NCBI GenBank assembly: GCA_037146775.1
Contig: JBAWWL010000001.1
Coordinates: forward strand, 197,464 to 261,463
Length of the DNA stretch: 64,000 bases
Direction: 5' to 3'
Source of the DNA: Candidatus Omnitrophota bacterium
GTDB lineage: Bacteria > Omnitrophota > Gorgyraeia > Duberdicusellales > 4484-171
Shown here piece by piece: positions 47,773 through 57,383 of the stretch. Within the stretch, counting starts at the first letter, position 1; the number at the start of each line of letters is the position of its first letter. The notes below the pieces were generated by a model that saw only the letters and a program-made list of their open reading frames with translations, was not told the origin of the DNA and made no database searches. Made by a program: the position numbers and the translations under genes.

Positions 47773-48162
47773 ATGAGGAATCGTGAGCGTAGAAGTACCT
47801 ATCTTATTTATCTTGCGGTAATTATTCTTGGATTATTTGGTGGCATGGCTTTTGGGTATGTGCAGAAGATGTTGCCGGTAATGCGTATGCGCTACGAAGG
47901 AACGCGAGGCGCAAGGAGAGGAGCAGGACAAGATGCTATTGACGATACGGCATCAACGGCCAGAGGCAGACAGGCGGCGAGTGCTGGCAGGCGGGGCGGC
48001 GGCAGCAGGGGTGCCGGCGGTGATGCCAGTATGGGGTTTGTCGATAATGTAATATACAAGCTCTACGAAGACGTAAAAGACATTAAAGATTCTTGGGGGA
48101 AATACACCGAAAATAGCCTGGAGTTGGAACGTGACAGAATGATGAGAGAGAAGCTTCGCTAA
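47773..48162 (+). CDS. small membrane protein with Arg/Gly/Ala-rich low-complexity segment
   Basis: Good RBS AGGGAGAGTGTA before the ATG. N-terminal TM helix, then RGARRGAGQ...GRRGGGSRGAGG encoded by a locally GC-rich stretch. Confidence 0.4.
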   Translation: MRNRERRSTYLIYLAVIILGLFGGMAFGYVQKMLPVMRMRYEGTRGARRGAGQDAIDDTASTARGRQAASAGRRGGGSRGAGGDASMGFVDNVIYKLYEDVKDIKDSWGKYTENSLELERDRMMREKLR

Positions 48163-48201
48163 CCGTAAACGGGTGCAGAGAGTGCATAAAAAAGATATTC
48201 T

Positions 48202-50265
48202 ATGAAAGAACAGGAAATACTTGAATTGATTCATACGGGGGCCGGACAAGGGATCGAATTGGTAAATACCGAGCCGGTGAGTGAAAGCGATAAAAAACAT
48301 ATGGCGCATGTCATGGTTTCTTTTGCCAACACCAACGATGGCACTATCTTGGTGGGTGTTGACAAAATGACCAAGAATATTATAGGCCTTGGCGACCACG
48401 AGCATTTTGTGCACTTAATTACGGAAATTAATAAAACGTATTGTAACCCTTTGGTGCTTTTTGAGGCTGAAGTGGGATATCTGGCTGAAAGTGTTGTGGG
48501 CATTGTCAGGGTAAGCCATGGCAGCGAACGTCCTTACTATGCACAAGGTGATTGTTACGTACGTAGAGGCCGAGAGGCACACATAGCGAGTCATAGCGAA
48601 GTACAATCTTTGTATCAGAAGCATACTATTTTTAAAAAAGAAAAAGGTGATGGTTGGCCGGTTGAAGCTGCTACCTACCAGGATTTAGATACAAACAAAA
48701 TTGAGAATTATGTTGCAAAGCGAAACGAAAAATTCGGCCATAATTTTGAAGGAACGAGAGAGAAGCTATTGAAAGACATAGGAATTTTGGTAGATGTCCA
48801 GGGTAGTTTGGTGCCTTCTGCCGGCGGTATATTGATGTTTGGCAGATCTCCTCAGCATTTTCTTGTCTCGAGCGGTGTGCGCATGGCAAAATTTCAAGGA
48901 AAAACAACAGGTAATCTTATTATTGATCAAAAGGAAGCCAGAGGAACTATCCCGGAGATGATCGAAGATGCTGCCCGATTCGTTATCAAGCATATTAGCG
49001 CGGGCGCAAAAATTGAGGGTTTGCAGCACGATGATATTATGGAATATCCCTTGGTGGCCGTACGAGAAGCTATCACTAATGCGATTGTGCACCGAGATTA
49101 TGCTATCGATGGTTCGCAGGTACGGATTTTTCTGTTTGACGATCGTATTGAAATATATACACCGGGCGGGCTCGCAACGGGCGTAACGGTAGAGAATATT
49201 GAATATACACAGCATTCCAGAAACCGTATTATTGCGGAAGCCTTGCTTTGTACGGGGGGTTACATTGAAAAGCTAGGGACCGGCATACGCAGAATTAAAC
49301 TTGTTTTAAAGCAGGCAGGTTTACGTGATGCGAGGCTTTTTGACACCGGTGCCGATTTTGTGCTTATTTTATTTGGTCCTCTCGATAAAACGTGGCAAGT
49401 TAAGCAGCAAGAACGAGTTAATAGATTACAGGACCTATCTGGTCCGGCCAAAACGCCGCAGGAAATTGGTCCGCTTGCCAAAGAAAGAAGCTATAAGCTG
49501 TTTAGCCAGCATGGGCATCGAGCATCTTCTGCTCCAGTTGGGGAAAAAATGGTTCAACTGGCTAAACGTATGCTGAAGTTGAGAAAAATTTTCATGACAG
49601 CAGTGGCCGTTTTTATTGTATTTATTCTCTTCATCGGCGTACTTTATGTCCGTATCAAGAGAAGAAAAGACCCTGTTTTCCAGTATGAAAAGGCAGCGAC
49701 ATGGCATAATCGCAAGGAATATCGAAGGGCGATAGGGGCATATGCTAATTTTATCGATAAGTTTCCCGATAGTGATAAGGCTGCGGATGCGCAATATTAT
49801 ATTGCAGGGTGTCTTGAATTTATCGGAGAAGAAATAAACGCCCTTAACGCTTACGATGAATTGGTCCGGCGCTATCCGAATAGCCGGTGGGTTATCTATG
49901 CGTATTATTGGCGTGCAGCTATCTATGCGCGGTTAGGAGAATACGAAAAAGCCCAGGGCGAATACCAGAGAATACTGCAAGAGTACACGAATCATCCGCT
50001 TACTCCCTTTGTAATGCGGGAATTAGCTATGATGTATCAGAAGCAAAGTAAATGGAAAGAAGCTATTGGGTTGTATGACAAAATACTGGACATGAGGGGA
50101 TTCTCCAGTGACGGTTATGAGCATTATCAGATGGGACTTTGTTATATAGAGCTGGGACAGAAAGATAAAGCGCGTCAAATGTTTCAGCGCGTTGTTGTTA
50201 ATGAGAAGGCTAACCCGGATATCGTGAAAGAAGCGAAAGGCCAGATAGAAAAACTATCACGCTAG
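48202..50265 (+). CDS. AlbA_2 (Schlafen-like 'divergent AAA') + HATPase_c_4 domain protein fused to a TM helix and C-terminal TPR repeats
   Basis: N-terminal AlbA_2-like region and the HATPase_c_4 hallmark EAITNAIVHRDY. TM segment AVAVFIVFILFIGVLYV, then TPR-like repeats (YYWRAAIYARLGEYEKAQGEYQRIL). Confidence 0.55.
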   Translation: MKEQEILELIHTGAGQGIELVNTEPVSESDKKHMAHVMVSFANTNDGTILVGVDKMTKNIIGLGDHEHFVHLITEINKTYCNPLVLFEAEVGYLAESVVGIVRVSHGSERPYYAQGDCYVRRGREAHIASHSEVQSLYQKHTIFKKEKGDGWPVEAATYQDLDTNKIENYVAKRNEKFGHNFEGTREKLLKDIGILVDVQGSLVPSAGGILMFGRSPQHFLVSSGVRMAKFQGKTTGNLIIDQKEARGTIPEMIEDAARFVIKHISAGAKIEGLQHDDIMEYPLVAVREAITNAIVHRDYAIDGSQVRIFLFDDRIEIYTPGGLATGVTVENIEYTQHSRNRIIAEALLCTGGYIEKLGTGIRRIKLVLKQAGLRDARLFDTGADFVLILFGPLDKTWQVKQQERVNRLQDLSGPAKTPQEIGPLAKERSYKLFSQHGHRASSAPVGEKMVQLAKRMLKLRKIFMTAVAVFIVFILFIGVLYVRIKRRKDPVFQYEKAATWHNRKEYRRAIGAYANFIDKFPDSDKAADAQYYIAGCLEFIGEEINALNAYDELVRRYPNSRWVIYAYYWRAAIYARLGEYEKAQGEYQRILQEYTNHPLTPFVMRELAMMYQKQSKWKEAIGLYDKILDMRGFSSDGYEHYQMGLCYIELGQKDKARQMFQRVVVNEKANPDIVKEAKGQIEKLSR

Positions 50266-50274
50266 GAGAAAATA

Positions 50275-51678
50275 ATGCAGCAGACGACAGAGCGCGAGAT
50301 AACATTACAGGATTATATTGAAATTCTCAAGAAAAGAAAATTTGTTATCTTTTTATCTGTGGCGATTGTCACTATATCCAGTATCCTGTTTGTTCCTTCA
50401 ACGCCATCGTTTTATAAGGCCACAGCCCTTATCATTGTTGAGGGTTCTCCTTACAATATCGAACTGATGAAGTCGATAAAAAATTTTGTGAAAACTACTG
50501 TTTTGGCCGAAGAAGTGCTGCGTTATATGGAATTTGAGGAAGCCAAGGAGTTGAAGAAGGAAGGAGAATTTTCTAAGAAGTCATTACGCGGCATAACGCC
50601 GGCGGCATTACAGAATTTCTTGCTCGTGGAAAACGAAGAGGGCACGGATGTTATTAAAATTAATGCGTTGTCGAACGACGGTAAGACTTCCATGAATCTT
50701 GCCAACACCGTAGCGAATGTGGTGGTTGAACAGAGCGTCAAAGGCATGGCTGGTGGAACACAGGCTTCGCTAAAGTATGTGGAAAGACAAATTGAGCTTT
50801 TAAGCAAGAAAATGGATGAGATCAAGAGAACAATGACGGGCATTTCTTCAGGCACAAAAGAAGGGGAAAGTGTAGCTCCCGCAGAGGCGCGCGAATTCGA
50901 TAAATTGCAGCAAGATTATATCAATGCAAAGCTTGCGCGGCAAATGGCAGAGGCTCAGCTGAAGGTAATGGAAGACAGGCGCGGCGACAGAAGCAAGGGT
51001 GACAGCTTAGCCACGTTTTTCGCGCAGTCCCCGGAATTGCGCAAACTGCAGGAAGAATTGGTAACGTTTGAAGAAAAGCGCAAGGTGCTTTTAGTGCAGT
51101 TTACGGAAGAGCATCCCAAGGTGGTAGAATTACAATTAGAGATAGACCGGACCAGAGAAGCCATTGACAAGGAGATCCGTCAGCCCCTCAATGACCTAAA
51201 AGCACAAATTGCCGAATATAAAGAAAAAGAAGATACGTTGCGAAAGGTTATGGAAACGCGTTTCCCGCTTGTTACCGAGCAAAATAAGGACCAGCCTGTT
51301 GTCGACGAGGCGGCTGCGAGCGAGGATGTGCGCATAAGGCAGTTGTCGCGAGAGTTGAATTTGGACGAAAAAACATACAATGCATTATTGGATGAACGCG
51401 AAAAACTGCGGCTCGACGCTTTATTGAATGCCGCCAAGGTACGTGTGCTGCGGCCGGCTAGCGAGCCGGATAAACCCGAAAAGCCCGAGGGCCCGCCGCC
51501 GATTTTGATCGCTCTTTCGTTGGGGTTGGTCCTTGGCTTAAGTGCCGCATTTTTACAGGAAAATGTCGATACGTCGCTGAAAACTCTCGATGATGTCGAA
51601 TATTATTTGAATTTACCTATTATCGGAGTCGTTCCTTTTATCCGTGCGGATAAAAGGCGGCCAAGAAGAGGGGAGTAG
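50275..51678 (+). CDS. Wzz/GumC-type polysaccharide chain-length determinant (separate co-polymerase subunit)
   Basis: N-terminal TM, long coiled-coil periplasmic domain, C-terminal TM (ILIALSLGLVLGLSAAFL). Followed by a separate kinase subunit. Confidence 0.65.
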   Translation: MQQTTEREITLQDYIEILKKRKFVIFLSVAIVTISSILFVPSTPSFYKATALIIVEGSPYNIELMKSIKNFVKTTVLAEEVLRYMEFEEAKELKKEGEFSKKSLRGITPAALQNFLLVENEEGTDVIKINALSNDGKTSMNLANTVANVVVEQSVKGMAGGTQASLKYVERQIELLSKKMDEIKRTMTGISSGTKEGESVAPAEAREFDKLQQDYINAKLARQMAEAQLKVMEDRRGDRSKGDSLATFFAQSPELRKLQEELVTFEEKRKVLLVQFTEEHPKVVELQLEIDRTREAIDKEIRQPLNDLKAQIAEYKEKEDTLRKVMETRFPLVTEQNKDQPVVDEAAASEDVRIRQLSRELNLDEKTYNALLDEREKLRLDALLNAAKVRVLRPASEPDKPEKPEGPPPILIALSLGLVLGLSAAFLQENVDTSLKTLDDVEYYLNLPIIGVVPFIRADKRRPRRGE

Positions 51679-51689
51679 GCGCTGGTGTT

Positions 51690-52409
51690 ATGATGGACGA
51701 ACAGAGAGATATATTCGCGGCGTTTGACCAACGGGTTATTATCAAGCTTGACCCCCGTTCTCCCGAGGCGGAGTCGTATCGGTCTTTACGTACCAACATT
51801 TTAAGCACCAATATTGAACGTCCTCCTCAGATAGTTATGTTAACGAGCGCTCACCCGGAAGAAGGCAAAAGTATTACATGCGTTAACCTTTCCGTTGTTA
51901 TGGCGGAAATAGGAAAGAAAACATTGCTGGTTGACTGTGATTTGCGGCGGCCTTCCGTGCACACGGCATTAGGTATCGATAAAAGCCACGGATTAAGCGA
52001 GGTGTTGTATGGTGCTCAGGACTGGGACAAAGTTCTAAAAAATGTGGGAATTGATAATTTACATGTTATTACCAGCGGCGCGATACCTCATAATCCTTCG
52101 GAGATTATTGGTTCTGACAAAATGCGGTTATTTTTAGAAGAGGTTCGTAATGTTTTTGATGTCATCATACTGGATGTTCCTTGTATCTTGGCAGTGACCG
52201 ATTCGTTGATTTTGACAGCGCTGGTCGATGCTATATTCATGGTGGTTATGGCGGAAAAGACTCCTCGACAGGCGGTATTGAGGGCGTTGAGTATGCTTCG
52301 AGATGTCAAAGGGAACGTTCTCGGCGTTATTTTTAATAAAGTTAATTTAGTGCGAAGCCACTATTATTACTACTATTATTATGGGTCGCGTAGAAGAAAA
52401 ACGAAGTAA
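51690..52409 (+). CDS. tyrosine-protein kinase catalytic subunit (CapB/CpsD-like BY-kinase)
   Basis: Walker A HPEEGKSIT, A' VDCDLRRP and B VIILDVP. C-terminal tail HYYYYYYYGSRRRK. Confidence 0.8.
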   Translation: MMDEQRDIFAAFDQRVIIKLDPRSPEAESYRSLRTNILSTNIERPPQIVMLTSAHPEEGKSITCVNLSVVMAEIGKKTLLVDCDLRRPSVHTALGIDKSHGLSEVLYGAQDWDKVLKNVGIDNLHVITSGAIPHNPSEIIGSDKMRLFLEEVRNVFDVIILDVPCILAVTDSLILTALVDAIFMVVMAEKTPRQAVLRALSMLRDVKGNVLGVIFNKVNLVRSHYYYYYYYGSRRRKTK

Positions 52410-53202
52410 TAGTTTATTTGAGGCGCTTACCGAAGTAGTTCGCTACAGAGAATTACTGCTCAGTTTGGGTACGCGGGAGATAAAGGCCCGCTATAAACAG
52501 ACATTCTTCGGTATTATGTGGTCAATCTTCCCCGCGCTTGCCACTATGCTTATTTTCACTTTTATCAATAAGCTGAAAATAATCGATATTGAATCGGGAT
52601 CTATTCCTTACCCTGTTTTTGCATACTGTGGCCTCCTGCCGTGGACGTTCTTTGCCAACGCATTAACCGGCGCCACCACTAGCCTGGTGAGTTATTCCGA
52701 CATCATTAATAAAATATATTTTCCACGAGAAATCATTCCTTTTTCTATTATCGTATCAAAACTGATAGACTTGTTCATTGGCTTTGTTATTTTTGTTCTG
52801 CTCGCGCTTTATTATCAGGTAAAATTACCCGTGACGATTGTGGCTTTACCGTTTATCGTGCTGCTTCAGGTGATTTTTGTTGCGGGGTTCTCTCTGTTAT
52901 TTTCTATGGCAAACCTTTTTTATCATGATGTGAGTTATATTGTCACGGTCTCGATTCCTCTTATGATGTTTGTTACTCCGGTGGTATATCCGATAAAAGT
53001 GAATTCTTTGCAGTGGTATCAAGCTTTAACGATCTTTAATCCCATGGTCCCTATTACCGACGCATATCGGGATGTCTTATTGTTTGGGCGCTGGCCCAAC
53101 ATGCAGGCCCTTTCCATACCGATTTGTTTGTGTGTGGTGCTTTTCATTGCGGGATTAATCTTATTTCACAAGACAGAGCATTTGTTTGCGGAAAATATCT
53201 GA
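52381..53202 (+). CDS. ABC-2 type polysaccharide export permease (Wzm-like)
   Basis: Conserved N-terminus REIKARYKQTFFGIMW and six TM helices. Confidence 0.8.
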   Translation: MGRVEEKRSNSLFEALTEVVRYRELLLSLGTREIKARYKQTFFGIMWSIFPALATMLIFTFINKLKIIDIESGSIPYPVFAYCGLLPWTFFANALTGATTSLVSYSDIINKIYFPREIIPFSIIVSKLIDLFIGFVIFVLLALYYQVKLPVTIVALPFIVLLQVIFVAGFSLLFSMANLFYHDVSYIVTVSIPLMMFVTPVVYPIKVNSLQWYQALTIFNPMVPITDAYRDVLLFGRWPNMQALSIPICLCVVLFIAGLILFHKTEHLFAENI

Positions 53203-53269
53203 TTGTCTTCTGCCGCCAACATAATACGTGCGGGTGATTTATAATTGCCTATAAAATATAGGATGGTTT

Positions 53270-54529
53270 ATGAGTAGTTCCTCTACGCAATACGGCGTCG
53301 AAGCGCATAAAGTTTGGAAGCGGTTCCATCGCGGCGAGCGCCCCACTCTTCTTAGCGATGTCATCCCTTATTTTTTCCGTCGTTTGAGACATAAAGAAAG
53401 CCCTATTTCCAGCAAAACGTTTTGGGTGCTGAAGGATGTTTCATTCCAAGTTAAGAAAGGTGAATTTTTGGGAATTGTCGGTCACAATGGCGCCGGGAAA
53501 ACCACCCTTCTTAAGCTTCTTGCGGGAATTATGAAGCCCAGCAGAGGAAGCATGAAGGTGAATGGCAGGGTTTCGTCTTTGATCATCGCCGGAGCGGGAT
53601 TCCACCCGCTTTTTACCGGCCGGGAGAACATCTATTTGAATGCTTCAATCATGGGTATGCGCAAGCGCGAAGTTGACAAAAAGATTGATTCAATCATTGA
53701 ATTTGCGGCATATGGCCTGCCGGAATACAAGAAATTTCTTGATACCCCCCTTAAACAATATTCGTCGGGAATGCTGGTTCGTCTGGGCTTTGCGATCGCC
53801 GCGCATGTTGAGCCGGAGGTTTTGTTGGTGGATGAAATATTGGCGGTGGGCGACATTGGTTTCCAGCAAAAATGTCTTGAATATATGAATAACTTAAAAA
53901 AGAAAGAAACAACCGTGGTTATGGTTTCTCACAACATGATTCATATCGCGAATTACTCTGACCGGGTGATCTTACTGGATGAAGGCGGTGTGGTATTGGA
54001 GGGGGAACCGGCCAACGTGGTTGGTGTTTTTGAGCGTGAAATGGCTAAAAAAATGAATTGGGTGGGTGTGGGCAATGTACCGGCTAACTTACCTAAGGGT
54101 TGGGCGTCCTTGCAAAACGTGCAGTTTGTTGCAGCTCAGCGCATTGAAAATGCTTTATACTTTGATTATGGTTGTCCGATTGTAACACGGTTCGATTATA
54201 ACTGTCTTTTACATCCGCTTGACGATATTACTTTTTCATTGAGCGTATACAGAATAGCCGATGGTTATAAATGCTTTACCATTTTTTCACATATGTATGG
54301 TTGTTCTCCGCAGATAAAAGAGGGCCGCATCGAATTGACGGTCGCCTCTCATAATCTGTTACCTGGCGAATACGTATTTGACGTAGAAATACAGAGCCTG
54401 CGCAGCGGTATTGTGTTGGCTGTTCACCGCGAACGCAAAGTGATTGTGGGAAACACCCCTCATTACCTGAGTCAACAGGCACATGGCGTGTACCAACCGG
54501 CGAATATCGCTTGGAGCGCTATTCCTTAA
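53270..54529 (+). CDS. polysaccharide ABC transporter ATP-binding protein (Wzt/TagH-like) with C-terminal extension
   Basis: Walker A GHNGAGKTT, signature YSSGMLVRLGFA and Walker B LLVDE. About 170 extra C-terminal residues, as in Wzt carbohydrate-binding domains. Confidence 0.8.
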   Translation: MSSSSTQYGVEAHKVWKRFHRGERPTLLSDVIPYFFRRLRHKESPISSKTFWVLKDVSFQVKKGEFLGIVGHNGAGKTTLLKLLAGIMKPSRGSMKVNGRVSSLIIAGAGFHPLFTGRENIYLNASIMGMRKREVDKKIDSIIEFAAYGLPEYKKFLDTPLKQYSSGMLVRLGFAIAAHVEPEVLLVDEILAVGDIGFQQKCLEYMNNLKKKETTVVMVSHNMIHIANYSDRVILLDEGGVVLEGEPANVVGVFEREMAKKMNWVGVGNVPANLPKGWASLQNVQFVAAQRIENALYFDYGCPIVTRFDYNCLLHPLDDITFSLSVYRIADGYKCFTIFSHMYGCSPQIKEGRIELTVASHNLLPGEYVFDVEIQSLRSGIVLAVHRERKVIVGNTPHYLSQQAHGVYQPANIAWSAIP

Positions 54530-54535
54530 TGAAAC

Positions 54536-55471
54536 ATGCGACGCATGAACGATATTCGAAGTTGCCTGGATAATATGACTCCGCAGTCCGCGAGCAAAGA
54601 CGCTATAACTATAGTAAGCATTAGCAATAACGCGTACAGTGTTTTTACTGCAGTGATGCTTAAGTCTTTGCTGATGCATCATTTGGATAGCGAGCGTATT
54701 GAGTTATACCTGTTGAGCTTGGATGTTACGGCGTCAAACAAGAAAAAGTTAACCGAAGCAATTCGTTCAGATAAGTTGCGCATCCATTGGGTGGATATTG
54801 ATACTAAGCTATTGCAGGAATTGGGTATCCTTGAGGTTTATGCAAAGCGTTCGGTATGTTATTACAAAGTTCTTATTCCGTACGTGGTGTCTTCGGATGT
54901 TACCAAGGCTATTTATTTAGATTCGGATATTATCGTACGCGATGATATTAGTAAATTGTGGCATACCGATATGGCACATGCACCGCTTGCTGCCATCCGT
55001 GATTCGCGGATACGGAATGCCCGTGAAGGTATTCGAAACTGGGAAAAGCTTGGCATTTGTCCCGATGTCGGATACTTTAACGCCGGGGTGTTAGTGGTAA
55101 ATCTAGCGTATTGGCGCCAGCATGATATCCGGAAGATGGTCTTGGCATGCGTTGAAAAAAATATGCCTTATCTTTGGCAAGAAGAACAATATGTATTTAA
55201 TGTACTTTTCTCCGGTCAGTGGAAAGAGCTCGATGGCCGGTGGAATCAATTTCCGGAAATACAGGGACAACAGCCATTTTTGTTCCATTTTAGCGGACAT
55301 GATGCTAAAGCTTTAGGCGGAACCATTCCCGGTTTATTTTTCAGATATGCCGCTTTTACCAGGTGGGGGAGATGGGGTTCGGTAAAAGATGAAGTTATGC
55401 GTCGTGCCTTGATACGTCATATCAAAGTATGTATGGTAAAACTTTTGAAATTATTGAGATTGAGGAAGTAA
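54536..55471 (+). CDS. glycosyltransferase family 8
   Basis: GT8 DxD region (IYLDSDIIVRDDISKLW) and YFNAGVLVVNLAYWR. Confidence 0.75.
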   Translation: MRRMNDIRSCLDNMTPQSASKDAITIVSISNNAYSVFTAVMLKSLLMHHLDSERIELYLLSLDVTASNKKKLTEAIRSDKLRIHWVDIDTKLLQELGILEVYAKRSVCYYKVLIPYVVSSDVTKAIYLDSDIIVRDDISKLWHTDMAHAPLAAIRDSRIRNAREGIRNWEKLGICPDVGYFNAGVLVVNLAYWRQHDIRKMVLACVEKNMPYLWQEEQYVFNVLFSGQWKELDGRWNQFPEIQGQQPFLFHFSGHDAKALGGTIPGLFFRYAAFTRWGRWGSVKDEVMRRALIRHIKVCMVKLLKLLRLRK

Positions 55472-55529
55472 ATAAGATATTTTCTGGATATATCTTTTGA
55501 GATGATACGCTGAATAAGGAGGGGGCGTT

Positions 55530-56684
55530 GTGAAAAAAAGAAAAAAATTTTTGGTGTTCGGTCAGCCTAAAATTGAAAATGCCGAGATTAAAGAAGTGGT
55601 GAAAACCCTGAAGTCGGGATGGCTGGGCACCGGCCCTAAAGTGAACAAATTTGAGGAAATGTTTCTTCGTTACAAAGGCGCGCGTAACGCTGTTGCGCTT
55701 AACTCTTGTACGTCAGCATTGCGCCTGGCGATGTGCGTGTTGGGTATCGAGCCTGGCGATGAGGTAATTGTGCCGACCATGACATTTGCCGCTACTGCCA
55801 ATGCGGTTATTCATGCCGGGGGTAAACCTGTTTTTGTGGATTGTGAAAAAACCACCATGAATATTGATATTGAAGATATCGAGCGGAAAATTTCTCCTAA
55901 AACAAAAGTAATTATACCAGTGCATTTTGCCGGCAGGCCTTGTAATATGAAAGCGATTATGGATATTGCCAGAAAGTATAACTTGAGAGTCGTAGAAGAT
56001 TGCGCTCACGCCATTGAAAGTGAGTACCATGGTAAAAAAGTCGGAACCTTCGGCGACTTGGGATGTTTTAGTTTTTATGTAACAAAGAATATTGTTACCG
56101 GAGAAGGAGGAATGGTTATTACCGATAAAGATGAATTTGCCGATAAAATTAAAATTTTAGCGCTTCATGGGTTAAGCAAGGATGCATGGAAGCGATTTAG
56201 CGATACCGGCTATAAACATTATCAGGTTATTTATTTGGGGTTTAAATATAACATGATGGATATCCAGGCTGCAATTGGTATCCATCAACTCAAGCGTATC
56301 GATCGTTATTGGAAAATACGGCAGGCGATATGGAAGCGGTATAATGAAGCGTTTGCGGATTTGCCGGTATTTCTTCCTGCTCTAGTAGAGCCGGGCACGC
56401 GTCACGCGTACCATTTGTATACCCTTCTGCTGGATATAAACCGTTTATCTTTGACTAGGGATAAGTTTTTAGACGAGATAACAAAGCGTAATATCGGCGT
56501 TGGCGTTCATTATATTGCGCTACATCTGCACCCTTATTACAGAGAGCGTTACGGGTATAGAAATGGCGATTTTCCTAATGCGGAATGGGTTTCAGAAAGA
56601 ACCGTAAGTATTCCTATCTCGGCAAGATTAACCAACACCGACGTGAATGATGTGATTGATGCGGTGAGTGATATATTACAATAG
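55530..56684 (+). CDS. DegT/DnrJ/EryC1/StrS-family sugar aminotransferase (PLP-dependent)
   Basis: Family-typical N-terminus (FGQPKIENAEIKEV) and a PLP-lysine region around SFYVTKNI. Confidence 0.8.
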   Translation: MKKRKKFLVFGQPKIENAEIKEVVKTLKSGWLGTGPKVNKFEEMFLRYKGARNAVALNSCTSALRLAMCVLGIEPGDEVIVPTMTFAATANAVIHAGGKPVFVDCEKTTMNIDIEDIERKISPKTKVIIPVHFAGRPCNMKAIMDIARKYNLRVVEDCAHAIESEYHGKKVGTFGDLGCFSFYVTKNIVTGEGGMVITDKDEFADKIKILALHGLSKDAWKRFSDTGYKHYQVIYLGFKYNMMDIQAAIGIHQLKRIDRYWKIRQAIWKRYNEAFADLPVFLPALVEPGTRHAYHLYTLLLDINRLSLTRDKFLDEITKRNIGVGVHYIALHLHPYYRERYGYRNGDFPNAEWVSERTVSIPISARLTNTDVNDVIDAVSDILQ

Positions 56685-56687
56685 CAC

Positions 56688-57383
56688 ATGGGATGTATAA
56701 CCAAGGTTTTATCTGACATTGCAAAGTTTTTATTTAGAAACAACAACGCTACTGCTTTGGCTTATTGGCAAAAACGAGCAAAACATGGCGGATTTTGGGC
56801 AGCGTTAAATTCAGGCTATTCTTTGCAAGATTTCGCTGTTATTACTCAAACACAGAAAGATATACTGTTTCCGTTTTTAAAACAACATTTACGCGGCAGC
56901 GAAAAACTAGTACTTGATTTTGGTTGTGGGCCGGGTAGATTTAGTGCAGATCTTGCTCGTTTAACAATGGCGAAAGTTGTTGCCGTTGATCCTGTCAAAC
57001 ATTTTCTTCGTATAGCCCCCAAAGATAAGCACGTCGTGTACAAATGTATGCAAGCAGGACATATCCCGTTATCAGGAGCTTGCGTTGATATTGTGTGGGT
57101 ATGCCTTGTCTTGGGCGGTATAATGGATGAAATTGTCTTACACAATACTATTTCAGAAATGCATAGAGCGCTAAAAGGCGGAGGTCTTATATTTTTAGTC
57201 GAGAATACAACCGAAAAACAAGAGTGTGATCATTGGAAATATAGGCCAGTAAGGGTTTATCAGGAGCTTTTTAGCTTTGCGCAATTACGGTCCGTGGGTG
57301 AGTATAATGAGTTAGGGGAGCGTATCTCGATCATGGTAGGCAGAAAAACAGAAGACATGAGATCAGAAAATTTCAAAAAATGA
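56688..57383 (+). CDS. class I SAM-dependent methyltransferase
   Basis: Motif I VLDFGCGPGRF. Confidence 0.65.
   Translation: MGCITKVLSDIAKFLFRNNNATALAYWQKRAKHGGFWAALNSGYSLQDFAVITQTQKDILFPFLKQHLRGSEKLVLDFGCGPGRFSADLARLTMAKVVAVDPVKHFLRIAPKDKHVVYKCMQAGHIPLSGACVDIVWVCLVLGGIMDEIVLHNTISEMHRALKGGGLIFLVENTTEKQECDHWKYRPVRVYQELFSFAQLRSVGEYNELGERISIMVGRKTEDMRSENFKK

Noticed and set aside
52310-52409. Run of seven tyrosine codons, then Arg/Lys, at the end of the kinase gene; could look like a homopolymer or frameshift artefact
   Set aside because: C-terminal Tyr clusters are the autophosphorylation sites of BY-kinases. The fused Wzc in the same locus also ends in a Tyr cluster (YYYNYNY).
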